From assembly GCA_963817895.1 (NCBI GenBank), contig CAWFQB010000014.1:224001-288000 (forward strand): a stretch of 64,000 bases of DNA, given 5' to 3'. Origin of the DNA: an uncultured Chthonomonadaceae bacterium. GTDB taxonomy: Bacteria; Armatimonadota; Chthonomonadetes; Chthonomonadales; Chthonomonadaceae. The position numbers and the translations under genes are program-made. The notes beneath the pieces are model-generated. The model saw nothing but the letters and a program-made list of their open reading frames with translations, had not been told where the DNA came from and did not search any database. Below are positions 19,502 through 29,681 of this stretch, in pieces. Within the stretch, counting starts at the first letter, position 1, and every line of letters starts with the position of its first letter.

Positions 19502-19536
19502 CGCGGCGCTTCCGGCAGAGTACAGGAAGCGCCGCG
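19502..19536 (-). terminator. Hairpin downstream of the BON gene
   Basis: CGCGGCGCTTCC-N11-GGAAGCGCCGCG; weak U-tract. Confidence 0.5.
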
Positions 19537-19577
19537 CAGCTTGGATTACCAGATGACGCCCTGGTTGAGGGCAACTT

Positions 19578-20213
19578 CTAGTGCTTGCCGACCATCAGTT
19601 CGTTCTGAACTTTGTAGGAGCCGTCAGGCGAAGCCTTCTTCGCGATGTCTTCCGCCAGCTTCTTCATGTCGTTCGTCTGCACATTTCCCTTCAGAATGAT
19701 TGTCTGACCATCGCTGGCTGTATCCACATTGATCTTGTTCAGGGTGGCATTGCCCGTCGGGTAGAGCGTCTCATTCTTCAGCAACGCCGCCTTCACGGTG
19801 GGAGTTACCGTCGCCACCTTGCCGGCGTGCTTAACCACTTGCCCCGCATCCCCTACTGCCTTAGCGGCTCCAGCAGTGGCGTCTACGGCCACTTTCTCTG
19901 TGGTTGCCGCCGCGTTGGCGACGCCCTTCTCAGTAGCGACTGCTGCATTGGTAACGCCCTTTTCCGTTGCGGCCGCCGCATCGCTAACGCCCTTAGCAGT
20001 GGCGGCGGCGGCGTCTGCCGCGCCTTTTTCTGTGGCCGCTACGGCTTTTTCCGTACCCTGAACGGTCTTCGCAGCCGCAGTATCCACGCCCTTTGCCACT
20101 GCGGCAGTGTCATTGGATGCATCTTTCGCCGCGCCATCCGCCGTATTGGAGCAGCCTACGATGCCTGTCCCGAACAAAACGGCGGCGGTCGCCAGTACAA
20201 AAAGTTTCTTCAT
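19578..20213 (-). CDS. BON-domain lipoprotein with Ala-rich 11-aa repeats
   Basis: Lipobox IVGC; C-terminal VKAALL...INVDT...IILKGNV...VQNEL. Confidence 0.85.
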   Translation of the reverse strand: MKKLFVLATAAVLFGTGIVGCSNTADGAAKDASNDTAAVAKGVDTAAAKTVQGTEKAVAATEKGAADAAAATAKGVSDAAAATEKGVTNAAVATEKGVANAAATTEKVAVDATAGAAKAVGDAGQVVKHAGKVATVTPTVKAALLKNETLYPTGNATLNKINVDTASDGQTIILKGNVQTNDMKKLAEDIAKKASPDGSYKVQNELMVGKH

Positions 20214-20518
20214 GTTCTTCTCCTCACGCGAATATATACTTCAAGGGGTGTTTTGGTTCTATAAACAGGTTGGCATTGCTGTCAGCCCGACTTGTTTCTG
20301 AACGCTAAGACGAGCAGGCAACGCGCAAAGTTCCGTAACTTTAGGAGTATACGCAACTTCCATGTTCCTGTTGCCGTAAATGCAGGTTTTTGTCACTATG
20401 CGGCTTTCAATTTACGCGCCACCCAATTTCAGAGCGCGAAAGCCTAACCTTGATAAATTCAGGATGCCCCATTGAAAACATAGCAGGAGAATCGTCATTT
20501 CAAGTAGAAACTGATCTC

Positions 20519-21353
20519 ATGTGGAAATATGCGATTTGCAACGAAACTTTTGGCGACATGGAATGGGCGGAAACCTGCGCTCAGATTGCCTCCTTCGGCT
20601 ATGAGGGCGTGGAACTCGCGCCCTTCACGCTTGCCGCAGATGTTCGAGACATCTCCTCTCGCGAACGGCAAGCCTACAGGCAAACAGCGCAACGCGTAGG
20701 GCTGGAGATTGTCGGCCTGCACTGGCTGTTGGTTTCTCCCGCCGGCCTCTCCCTGACCAGCCCTGATGACGCGGTACGGGCGCATACAGCCTCGTATCTG
20801 GCCTCCCTTGCCGATTTTTGCGCCGACATGGGCGGCACAGTACTGGTACTCGGTTCTCCCAAACAGCGCCGCATCTCGGAGGGAGAAACCATTGACACTG
20901 CGCTTAATCGCTTGCAGACCGCGCTCCAACCCGCGCTCGAACGCGCCGCCCTGCACAATCTAACCCTTTGCCTGGAACCCCTGCCACCACCGGAAGCCGA
21001 TCTGATTTTGACGCTTGAAGACGCCGTAAATGTCATTGAACGTCTTCAGCATCCCAATCTGCAAACCATTCTCGACATCAAAAGCGCGTCCAGCGAACAA
21101 GATCTCCATTCTCAAATTAGCGCGTAAATTTAGTTCCCATATTGCCCATGTCCATGCCAACGATGCCAACCGACGCGGCCCCGGTTTCGGCGAAACCGAC
21201 TTTGTGCCTGTCTTAAACGCGCTGCATGAGATACAATATACGGACTATGTATCGGTAGAAGTCTTTGATTACACGCCGGATCCCGTCACCATTGCCCGCG
21301 ACAGCCTGGCCTATTTACGCCGTTGCCAACAACTAGCGTCTAACAACGTATAA
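20519..21353 (+). CDS. Sugar phosphate isomerase/epimerase (AP2Ec TIM barrel), frameshift near 21100
   Basis: GYEGVELAPF, VLGSPKQR, LEPL in frame 1; HVHAND..RRGPG.G and VSVEVF in frame 2. Confidence 0.88.
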
Positions 21354-21423
21354 ACTTGTTGTACCGACAGTTCAACCATCAACATTCAACAAACTACAAA
21401 TTCTTATACCAGAGGAAAAAATT

Positions 21424-21702
21424 ATGCAGGCACACGTCAAAGTAAGTATGCAGAATATCAACGTAGATGAAACATTCGAGGGCGCGACAGCGGATGAGAT
21501 CGTCGGAAAGATGAAAGCGCGGATCGCCAAAGAGGTCCCCTTCTTGATGCGGCCTTTTGTCAACGGCTTCAGCAACGTCGGCTTCGCGCAGGAAGTCGTG
21601 AAACGCTACAACAGCAATTCCAAACTAAATCTGCCCATTCCCAGCTCGTGCGACGAATTTTTAACCCTCGCGCAGCAGCAGGGATTTGCCACAATTTCCT
21701 GA
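21424..21702 (+). CDS. Hypothetical protein
   Basis: 92-aa ORF with AGAGG SD; fills the intergenic space. Confidence 0.65.
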   Translation: MQAHVKVSMQNINVDETFEGATADEIVGKMKARIAKEVPFLMRPFVNGFSNVGFAQEVVKRYNSNSKLNLPIPSSCDEFLTLAQQQGFATIS

Positions 21703-21738
21703 GCCACATGTAACCTCTTACACGCTTTTTGAGAAGGG

Positions 21739-21842
21739 CTATCTCAACATTAGCCCCTCCCCCATGTTCCGTATTTCTGCTTCGCTTTGAAATACGTTTT
21801 GTGGGAGAGGGGATGTCCACAAGTGGACGCCCGGGTGAGGGC
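21739..21842. repeat. REP-like CCCTCTCC/GGGAGAGGG-GGGTGAGGG element, long composite form
   Basis: Nearly the same as 50664-50772; internal hairpins GTATTTC...GAAATAC and GTCCA-CAAG-TGGAC. Confidence 0.85.
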
Positions 21843-21846
21843 ATTG

Positions 21847-23301
21847 TTACCCGCTGTTCGCCTGCATCCGAACAGCCTTTTCCAGCGCATTGCTGAGAAA
21901 CACCAGAGCCTGCTGTAACGCGGGCGCGGCGGTCGGTTTTCCCTGCGCGTCGCGCACATCTTTGATACCGGCCTCAATATCTGTCGGCGTAGAAACCGCT
22001 ATCGCGGCGCGGTACTCCTTCTGCGCTTCCATCCAGTTGTTCTGCGTCGCGTACAGTAATCCCAGATTCAGCCGCGCGTAAGCCAGTGAGCCATCCAGTT
22101 CCAGCGCTTTGCGGGTGTTCTGAATGGCTGCCTCATACTGCCCCGCCTCGTACTGTGTCCAGCCGAGATTACCCCACAGCGCGGCATTATCGGGCGTGAT
22201 TTTCAGCGCGGCCTGATACGCTTTGATGGCATCTTCGCGACGCCCCGGCGTATCCAGTATTTGCGCCAGCGTGGATAATACATTGGCCTGCTGCAAAGCT
22301 AATTGCGCAACCTGCGCCTGTGCCTGAGCCGTCGTCCTCGCGTCTGCGCCCAGGGCGCTCGCTTTGGCTTTCCACTGCAAACCGGTAATTTCCAGTTCGC
22401 TGCTCAATTTTGCCAGCAAATCTTCCGCCTGCCGTAATTTTCCATTTGCCGCCAGCGCGGTCGCGCGTCCCAATTTCGCGGGAATATACCCTGCATCAAT
22501 ACGCATGGCCGCGTCGTACTCATCCAGCGCCGCCGATTGCCGGCCCTCCTGCGCGTACACATCGCCCATGCCCACATGCGCGACAGGGCTGTCCGGCGCG
22601 CTTCCCAATGCCTGCAAGAATGCCTGCTCCGCCCGCCGACTATCCTTCTGTTGCAGATAGATACTACCCTGTTGTATAATCAACTCTGAAGCGTTGGGAT
22701 TTAACTCAATGGCGCGATCCAGAGCGCGTAACGCGGCATCGTTCTGATTGGCCTGCACCAGCGCGTTGGAAAGCAGAGCATAAGATTGCCCGCTTGTCGG
22801 CGTCAGTTCCGCCAGTTTCCGAAAGGCTTGCGCGGCTTCCGGCCACTGTCTCTTAGCCTCATACGCGGCCCCAAGCCCGAACCATGCGCCCGGATTGGAG
22901 GATTTCAACTGCGTGGATTTTTTGAATGCCCCCACCGCGTCGTCGAACTTGTGCGCGCCCATAGCCTCCCGGCCTTTTTTCTCCCACTCTTCCGCGGTCA
23001 ATTTTGATGAGGCAGGGATAGCCAGCGGGCCGACAGGTTTGTTTTGCGCTCCGCCAAACAAACCTGTCCCCGGCTTAAATGGCGTAATCAGCGCATCGGG
23101 CTTCTTCGTATCCTGACTGCCGGACGGCTTCACAGGTGGCGTTGTTTTCGTTTCCGTCTTTGGTTTACCCGGCGCGGGTGTCTGCGCCTGCGCCCTTGAG
23201 AGCGTTGTAACAAAACCGCAGATCAACATCACTATCTGCACAGACAACCTCGAATGGCAACCAGAACGGCATCCGTGTTGTGATTTGAAAAAGATTGGCA
23301 T
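21847..23301 (-). CDS. Secreted tetratricopeptide-repeat protein
   Basis: Signal-like segment ending RAQA, Pro/Lys-rich linker, many TPR units (AWFGLGAAYE, AHVGMGDVYA, LWGNLGWTQY); start uncertain. Confidence 0.85.
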   Translation of the reverse strand: MPIFFKSQHGCRSGCHSRLSVQIVMLICGFVTTLSRAQAQTPAPGKPKTETKTTPPVKPSGSQDTKKPDALITPFKPGTGLFGGAQNKPVGPLAIPASSKLTAEEWEKKGREAMGAHKFDDAVGAFKKSTQLKSSNPGAWFGLGAAYEAKRQWPEAAQAFRKLAELTPTSGQSYALLSNALVQANQNDAALRALDRAIELNPNASELIIQQGSIYLQQKDSRRAEQAFLQALGSAPDSPVAHVGMGDVYAQEGRQSAALDEYDAAMRIDAGYIPAKLGRATALAANGKLRQAEDLLAKLSSELEITGLQWKAKASALGADARTTAQAQAQVAQLALQQANVLSTLAQILDTPGRREDAIKAYQAALKITPDNAALWGNLGWTQYEAGQYEAAIQNTRKALELDGSLAYARLNLGLLYATQNNWMEAQKEYRAAIAVSTPTDIEAGIKDVRDAQGKPTAAPALQQALVFLSNALEKAVRMQANSG

Positions 23302-23449
23302 TAGATTTTTCCTGATGAAGTCAGTTCAAACTTTATTGACAATACGCGCGCAGGAAAGATACCCGTTCCTGTCGAATCATCCTTCACAAACTACCTGCAG
23401 ATTTATTGTACCGCAATCTACATTCAAGACGGAAGATTTAGAATTCACT

Positions 23450-24559
23450 ATGCTGCCTGAGACAAGCCGCGCCGCTATCCTGCCCGCTCCGGGCGCAGAA
23501 CCGCAAGTTCGCTCGTATCCTGTTCCCGCTATGGAGCCGGGAGCCATTCTGCTGCAAACGCTCGCCTCGGAAGTGTGCGGCACGGACGTTCATTTATGGC
23601 ACGGGCGTTTCGCCGGAGTTCCCTACCCGCTCATCCCCGGCCACGTCAGCATCGGCATTGTCGAAAATGTAGCTGGCAATGTCCGCGATGTAAATGAGCA
23701 GCCCATCCAATGCGGCGATATTGTAACCTTTCTGGACGTGCATGGAACCTGTAACCAATGCTGGTACTGCCTTGTCGCCAAAGCCACCACACGCTGCCCC
23801 CATCGCCGCGTGTACGGCATCACGATGGGCGCCGACGACGTTCCCGGCCTTGCCGGGGGCTGGAGCGAACGCATCTATTTACGCCCCGGAACCAAAATCA
23901 TTCGCCTCGCCCCCAACGTCACTCCCGACGCCTGGATTGGAGGCGGATGCGGCCTGCCCACTGCCGTACACGCCGTCGAACTTGCGCGTATTCGGTTAGG
24001 AGATCGTGTTCTCATTCAGGGCAGCGGCCCCGTGGGACTGAGCGCCTGCGCCCTCGCCCTGTTGAGCGGCGCGAGTTGGGTCGGCATCATCGGCGCTCCC
24101 CCCGCCCGCCTGGAAGCCGCCCGCAAAATCGGCGCGGATTGGACATGCGATCTACAGCGGCATAATCGAGACGAACGCCTCCGCTTCGTCCGAGATGCAA
24201 CGAACGGACACGGCCCCGACATCGTGATTGAAGCCAGCGGCAGCCCGAACGCCATTCCCGAAGGCTGCGAACTTGTCCGCGACGCGGGCCGCTACATCGT
24301 TGTTGGGCAGTATACCGACAACGGCGACATTCCCATTAACCCGCATCTGCACATCAACAAAAAACATCTCGAAATTCAGGGCTGCTGGGGTTCGGATTTC
24401 TCCCATGTCTATCGCGCAATGGAAATCATGGCCCGCTTCGACTCTCGAATTGGTTGGGCCAATCTCATTTCGCACCGTTACGCGCTGAAAAATGTTGGCG
24501 ACGCCCTGCGCGATGTAGAACAGGGCCGCGTCATCAAAGCCGTCGTCATACCCAGATAA
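23450..24559 (+). CDS. Zinc-binding alcohol dehydrogenase (MDR family)
   Basis: VCGTDVH, PGH, CNQCWYC...C structural zinc site, GSGPVG. Confidence 0.92.
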   Translation: MLPETSRAAILPAPGAEPQVRSYPVPAMEPGAILLQTLASEVCGTDVHLWHGRFAGVPYPLIPGHVSIGIVENVAGNVRDVNEQPIQCGDIVTFLDVHGTCNQCWYCLVAKATTRCPHRRVYGITMGADDVPGLAGGWSERIYLRPGTKIIRLAPNVTPDAWIGGGCGLPTAVHAVELARIRLGDRVLIQGSGPVGLSACALALLSGASWVGIIGAPPARLEAARKIGADWTCDLQRHNRDERLRFVRDATNGHGPDIVIEASGSPNAIPEGCELVRDAGRYIVVGQYTDNGDIPINPHLHINKKHLEIQGCWGSDFSHVYRAMEIMARFDSRIGWANLISHRYALKNVGDALRDVEQGRVIKAVVIPR

Positions 24560-24655
24560 GGAACTCTTACACTGACCACTCCCAACTCCAAAAACGCTTG
24601 CCCGCATCCCTGCGACTTTCGCCTGACCCGCGTTTTAGATCGGGGTTGGGGCGAA

Positions 24656-25289
24656 ATGGCGTTTGAATATCGCTGGAACTCTACTTCCTACCCCTCTAAT
24701 GACACTGCCAGCCGCGATAACTCCAACACTACTCCCGCAGATATTCTCGATCTGGAACACTGCTTCCTATACGAATTGACCACGTATGCGGACAATAAAG
24801 GAACGTACCGGAACGGCTATTTCACGCCGCCTAATCCTCCCTTTGCAGAGTGGTGGTTCCGCGATCCAACTGACGGGCGTACCGCTCCCGTTGCGCTCGG
24901 ATATTTTGCCGCCTCGCCAGGTTGGGCTTGGGATCGTCACAAATTACACGGAAAACTTGTCATACCTGATGTCTCCGTGACACCTGTTGAGCCTTCTTAT
25001 GCCATCAAAGCAACACAGCAGTACCGATTTCATTGTGAACGTTGCGGAACGGATGCGATTGTTTCCGGTCCCGCTTCCGGCCCCCATGCCATTCGTTCGA
25101 ACATTCGCGCCACTCAATGCCAATCTACCCGCCAATCCTTTATTTGATTGGCTGCTTAGAGCTAATGACACAATCTGGCGATACACATTCCAAAAACACG
25201 GCCATAAGGCTACTCTCGATATCAATGCAAATGGGCGCTATATTAACGACAGCGCACATCTCGGTAACGGTTCCTTTTCAACATTTTAA
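24656..25289 (+). CDS. Hypothetical protein (frameshift near 25095; possibly 5'-truncated)
   Basis: ORFs 24656-25147 and 24987-25289 join into one aromatic/Pro-rich sequence with a CERC motif. Confidence 0.55.
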
Positions 25290-25438
25290 AATAGCCCCTC
25301 TCTGGTTTTTTGAGAGGCTATATAAAAACATTTTTCTCCACATGGTAGCATCCTTCTACTTTGCGCGTCCTGCTGCTGTGAACAAAGTTCATCATCTTTC
25401 ATTTTCGCTGTTTGCCCGTTTCTGGAGAGGGTTCCTCA

Positions 25439-26487
25439 TTGGATAGTAACAAGCAAGGACAGGCGCTCACGTCCGCCCTCGCCGATACTCTCCCCCTGCG
25501 CGTGTCGTTTACGCGCAGGGATACGCTGTTACCTTCGCTGGAACGTCTGGTCGCGGAGGTTCGTCCCGCCGTTCGCCGCCGCTTACAGCAAAAAGGCATT
25601 TCCGGCGAGGAACTGGAAGACCTGCACCTTGAAGCGCTGGAACGGTTTTCCGGCGCATTGACCCGGCGCAGCCAGTGCAGCGACAAAAACCAAATAGATG
25701 TTGAAGACCCGACGCGCTACGCCCTTGCTGTCGCGGATACGGTTTTCGACGATCATCTGCGCCGGACGCGACCCAACTGGTGCAGGCTGAAACGGCGCAT
25801 TTTATACCTGCTCGACAACACGCAACATCAGAAACTGTTCGCGCGCTGGAAACATCGTACTGCCTGGATCGCCGGCTTCACCCGCTGGAATCTGCATCCT
25901 TTTCGGCCAGGCGCGCGGTATCACGCTTTTTGCAATCGTCCCGCCCTGTTCTGCCAGCAGGAATTGGGCAATCAGGAACCCGATAAATTCCGTTGCCTGC
26001 CCTGATGGCGCATCTGTTCCGATGGCTTGGCACACCCGTAGAAGTGGACGAACTGACCACGCATCTGGCGGCCCTGCAAAACATCACGGACGCCCGCCTG
26101 CTTTCCCTTGAAGGCATGGCGGAAGAGTCGGGCGCATCCGTGGATTACTGGCTCCCGCCTTCGCCCGAAGATGTATCCGCCTGCGTCCTGGACGCGATAG
26201 AGGGAGAAACATTTCGCGTTCAGTTGTGGCAGATTGTTTGCAGCCTGCCTCTCCGCCAGCGCCATGCCCTTCTGCTCGGCATGTCCTCGGATGAGCTGCT
26301 GCTGATGGCTCCCACAAGCGATATAGCCGCTATGCTGGAAATGTCCTGCGACGCGCTGAACAACATCTGGTGCGACCTGCCGCTTGCGGATAACCAGATC
26401 GCGCCGCGTCTGGAAATCACGCCCAAACAGGTTTCCAACCTGCGCAAATGCGCCCGCGAACGAATTGCGCGAAATTTGAAACTATGA
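25439..26487 (+). CDS. Atypical long sigma70/ECF-like factor (frameshift near 25987)
   Basis: Region 2-like ELEDLHLEAL...YALAVADTVFDDHLRR; region 4-like LPLRQRHALLL...DNQIAPRLEITPKQVSNLRKCARERI; TTG start with GGAGAGG SD; stop overlaps the next gene (ATGA). Confidence 0.8.
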
Positions 26488-28190
26488 ACGCCTGCCCAAC
26501 ATCCGACAACCTTGCCCGCTATCGCGGCGGAACCCTGACCGATGCAGCCGACATACGCGCTTTTGAAGACCATCTGCGCCAGTGTTCCTCCTGCCGCGAA
26601 AGCCTGCGCCGCCAGACCGCGTATGCCGCCGTTCCTCTCGCCGCCCGCCTGATGCCGCAGCCGGATCAATCCCTGCATCTGTCAGACGCGGAAATGCTGG
26701 TTTTCGTTCGCGGGCAAATGGAAGACGTGGAACTGGAAGTTGTTCACTCGCATCTGGAACTATGCGGGCAATGCCGCGCCGATGTTGCCGAACTACAGGC
26801 GTTTGAACGCCAGATGCAGGACGACAAATTCAGCCATGTGGAAGAGCGCCTTGCCCACCCTTCCCTGCGCGAACGCTGCGAATCCGCGTTCTCCACATTC
26901 GTTCACGCCTTCGGCGTCGGCAGCCTGCGCAACGCCCTCAATGGATGGAACAGTCGCACTCTCAATTACAGGCTTGGGCTTGGCCTTGTGTTGGGCGTCC
27001 TTGCCGGTTTGCTGTTACAGAGCCGCGCTTCAGCCTGAGCGATGTTCAAAATGTTTTTCTTGCCCTGTTGCAGGCGCTTGCCACGCCTTTCATTTTTGTC
27101 GCTATCACGCATACCCTGATGGATGCGGATGTTACGGGGCGCATGGCGCGGCGTCTTGCCTATCTCGCCCTATCCAATACCCTCGTTGCCGTCTGCATCG
27201 GCCTGTTCGTCGGCGCGGTCGCCAAACCCGGCGTCAATTCCGGCTTCAATATACCCACTTACGCTTTGCAGCGCGACGCTTTGGGCAGCCTGACCGCGCA
27301 GGTTCCCCGCACTCTGTTTCAGCCCCTGCTGGACAACCATATTCTGTTTACCGTGCTGATAGCCGTCGCGTTCGGCATGGCCCTGCGCATGGCGCGGCAG
27401 GAACAAATCAAAGAGCGCCATAAAGACTATCAGGTAGTTGGGGCAGTGCTGTCTTCCATTTATCGCAGCCTGACCATCATGCTGAACTGGGTTGTCGCGC
27501 TCGTGCCGTTCGCCGTATTCGCCGCCGCCGCCGAACTCGTGGGAACGCGCCACTGGCGCGATTTTCAATCTCTGTTTCACTTCTTCGCCGCGGTTCTTTT
27601 CGCCCTGTTCCTGCAAATCTCGTTTTACCTGATCCGTTTATGGTTCCGTGCCGCCATGCCACCCCAAAAATTTTTACGGGGCGCATGGGCCGCCGTTCTG
27701 ACCGCCTTTTCAACCGCCAGTTCCGCCGCGACGATCCCGATTACCTATACCAGCGTGCGGGATCGCGTCGGTGTGCGGGAACGTTCCGCCAGACTTGGAG
27801 TCTTAGTCGGCGCGCATTTCAACCGGGACGGCACGGCCCTGTACGAAGCCATCACGCCAATTTTCATCGCGCAGGCGCTTGGTCGCCACCTTGATTTTAC
27901 GCAGCAGATTGTCATCGTATTTATGGCGATTATCGCCTGCATTGCCGCCCCCGGCGTTCCACAGGCAGGCTTGGTAACAATGGTTCTGGTGTTAAAAGCC
28001 GTTGATCTTCCCATCTGGTGCATCGGCTGGCTGCTTCCCCTCGACTGGCTGCTGGATCGTTTCCGAACCGCCGTCAACGTTTTGGGCGGCATGACCGATG
28101 ACCTGCCTGCTGGATCGCCGCAGCATCCCCTATCCCAGCAGCGAACATCCAGAACACGCAGAACCATTGGAACCCGAAGTCGTCAACTGA
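26484..28190 (+). CDS. Tandem zinc anti-sigma (ZAS/zf-HC2) domains fused to a DAACS symporter (frameshifts near 27030 and 28097)
   Basis: HLRQCSSC and HLELCGQC; in-frame TM1 [48 protein letters not shown] and DWLLDRFRTAVNV. Confidence 0.82.
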
Positions 28191-28228
28191 CGCACCAGTC
28201 TTTTTTATGCTGTCCCTTTTTTTGATAA

Positions 28229-28272
28229 GCCCCTCTCCCAGGCTTTTTTGGGAGAGGGGTTGGGGTGAGGGC
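28229..28272. repeat. REP-like CCCTCTCCC/GGGAGAGGG-GGGGTGAGGG element
   Basis: GCCCCTCTCCCAGGCTTTTTTGGGAGAGGGGTTGGGGTGAGGGC. Confidence 0.85.
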
Positions 28273-28305
28273 TAACGCCTTCCGTTACGTCAGGAGTTTT
28301 TCGTT

Positions 28306-29630
28306 ATGGCACACGACGCGCATGGAACATCCTCTGCACCAACCGGCAAGGGCTTCTGGGCCGCTTACAATCGTGTCCCTCTGTTTGTCCGCATTTTAGT
28401 TGCCATGACCTTCGGCATCATCTTGGGCGAACTGCTGCCACCTGCAACTATGCTGCAAATCGCGCCCTCTCTTAAAATCGTCAGTGACACCGTGTTGCAG
28501 TTGCTCAAACTGCTCGCCACGCCGCTTATCTTTATCGCCGTCGTTCACGCCATCTACAAAGCGCAGGCCAGCGGCAAAACCGCCAGCCGTCTGTTCATTC
28601 TGCTGATACGCAACACCGTTGTCGCCATCGCCATCGGCCTGCTTGTGGCGAATGTTCTTCAGCCCGGACGGTGGGCCCATGTCGCCAATACCGGAGAACG
28701 GTTGGCGAAAAAGCCCTCCAACTTCTTTCTGGACTTGATCGAAAAGATTCCCGCCAACCTCATTGACCCGCTTCAGCATAACGAGATCATCTCCATCCTC
28801 ATACTTGCCGTCGCGTTCGGTGTTGCCATGCGGATAGTGCGCGACCAGCAGACTCGCGACGGCAAAACGCGGAGTTCACACCATTGGCGACCTGCTGGAT
28901 ACAGGCTTCAGCATCGTCATGGTCATGCTGCACTGGATTTTCGCCATCGTGCCGCTTGCCGTGTTCGCCGTTGTCACTCGACAGGTCGGCACGAACGGCG
29001 TCAAGCCGCTTATCGGCATGATCGGCTTCGTAATCGCCGTCGTTCTCGCGTTGGGGCTACAGGCGGTCTGGTATCTGGGAAACGTGCGATTTTACTCGTG
29101 GGTGCGCCCCGGCCAGTTTCTGCGCGGCGCGTCCGACGCTCTCGTGATGGCGTTTTCCACCGCCAGTTCCGCCGCCACCCTTCCCGTAACCTATGCCTGC
29201 ATGAAAGATAAAATCGGAGTGCGCGAAGAATCCGCCGGATCTGGGCGTAATGGTGGGCGGCACGTTCAATCACGACGGAACCGCGCTGTACGAGGCGATG
29301 GCCGCCCTGTTCATCGGCCAGATGTTAGGGCAGCATCTTAATCCCGGGGAACAAATCAAAGTGGTAATAATGTCCGTATTCGCGTCTGTGGGCGCGGCAG
29401 GCATCCCCGAAGCCGGATTAGTAACGATGCTGGCCGTGTTCTCCGCCGTGAACCTCCCAACGGAATACATTGCCCTGCTCCTGCCGCTCGACTGGTTCTT
29501 AGACCGCTGTCGCACTGCCGTCAACGTCATGGGCGACATGAGCGTCACCTGCATGATAGACGGCAAAACTCCTCCAACTGTCGCGCAACAACATGTTGAG
29601 GAAGCAAACAACGCCAGTATAGCCCTCTAA
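28306..29630 (+). CDS. Dicarboxylate/amino acid:cation symporter (frameshifts near 28870 and 29240)
   Basis: [46 protein letters not shown] and [16 protein letters not shown] across three ORFs. Confidence 0.9.
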
Positions 29631-29681
29631 AATTTACTTTATGCAGGAATGGGCTTCGCACCTCTTCAACAGTACGAAATG

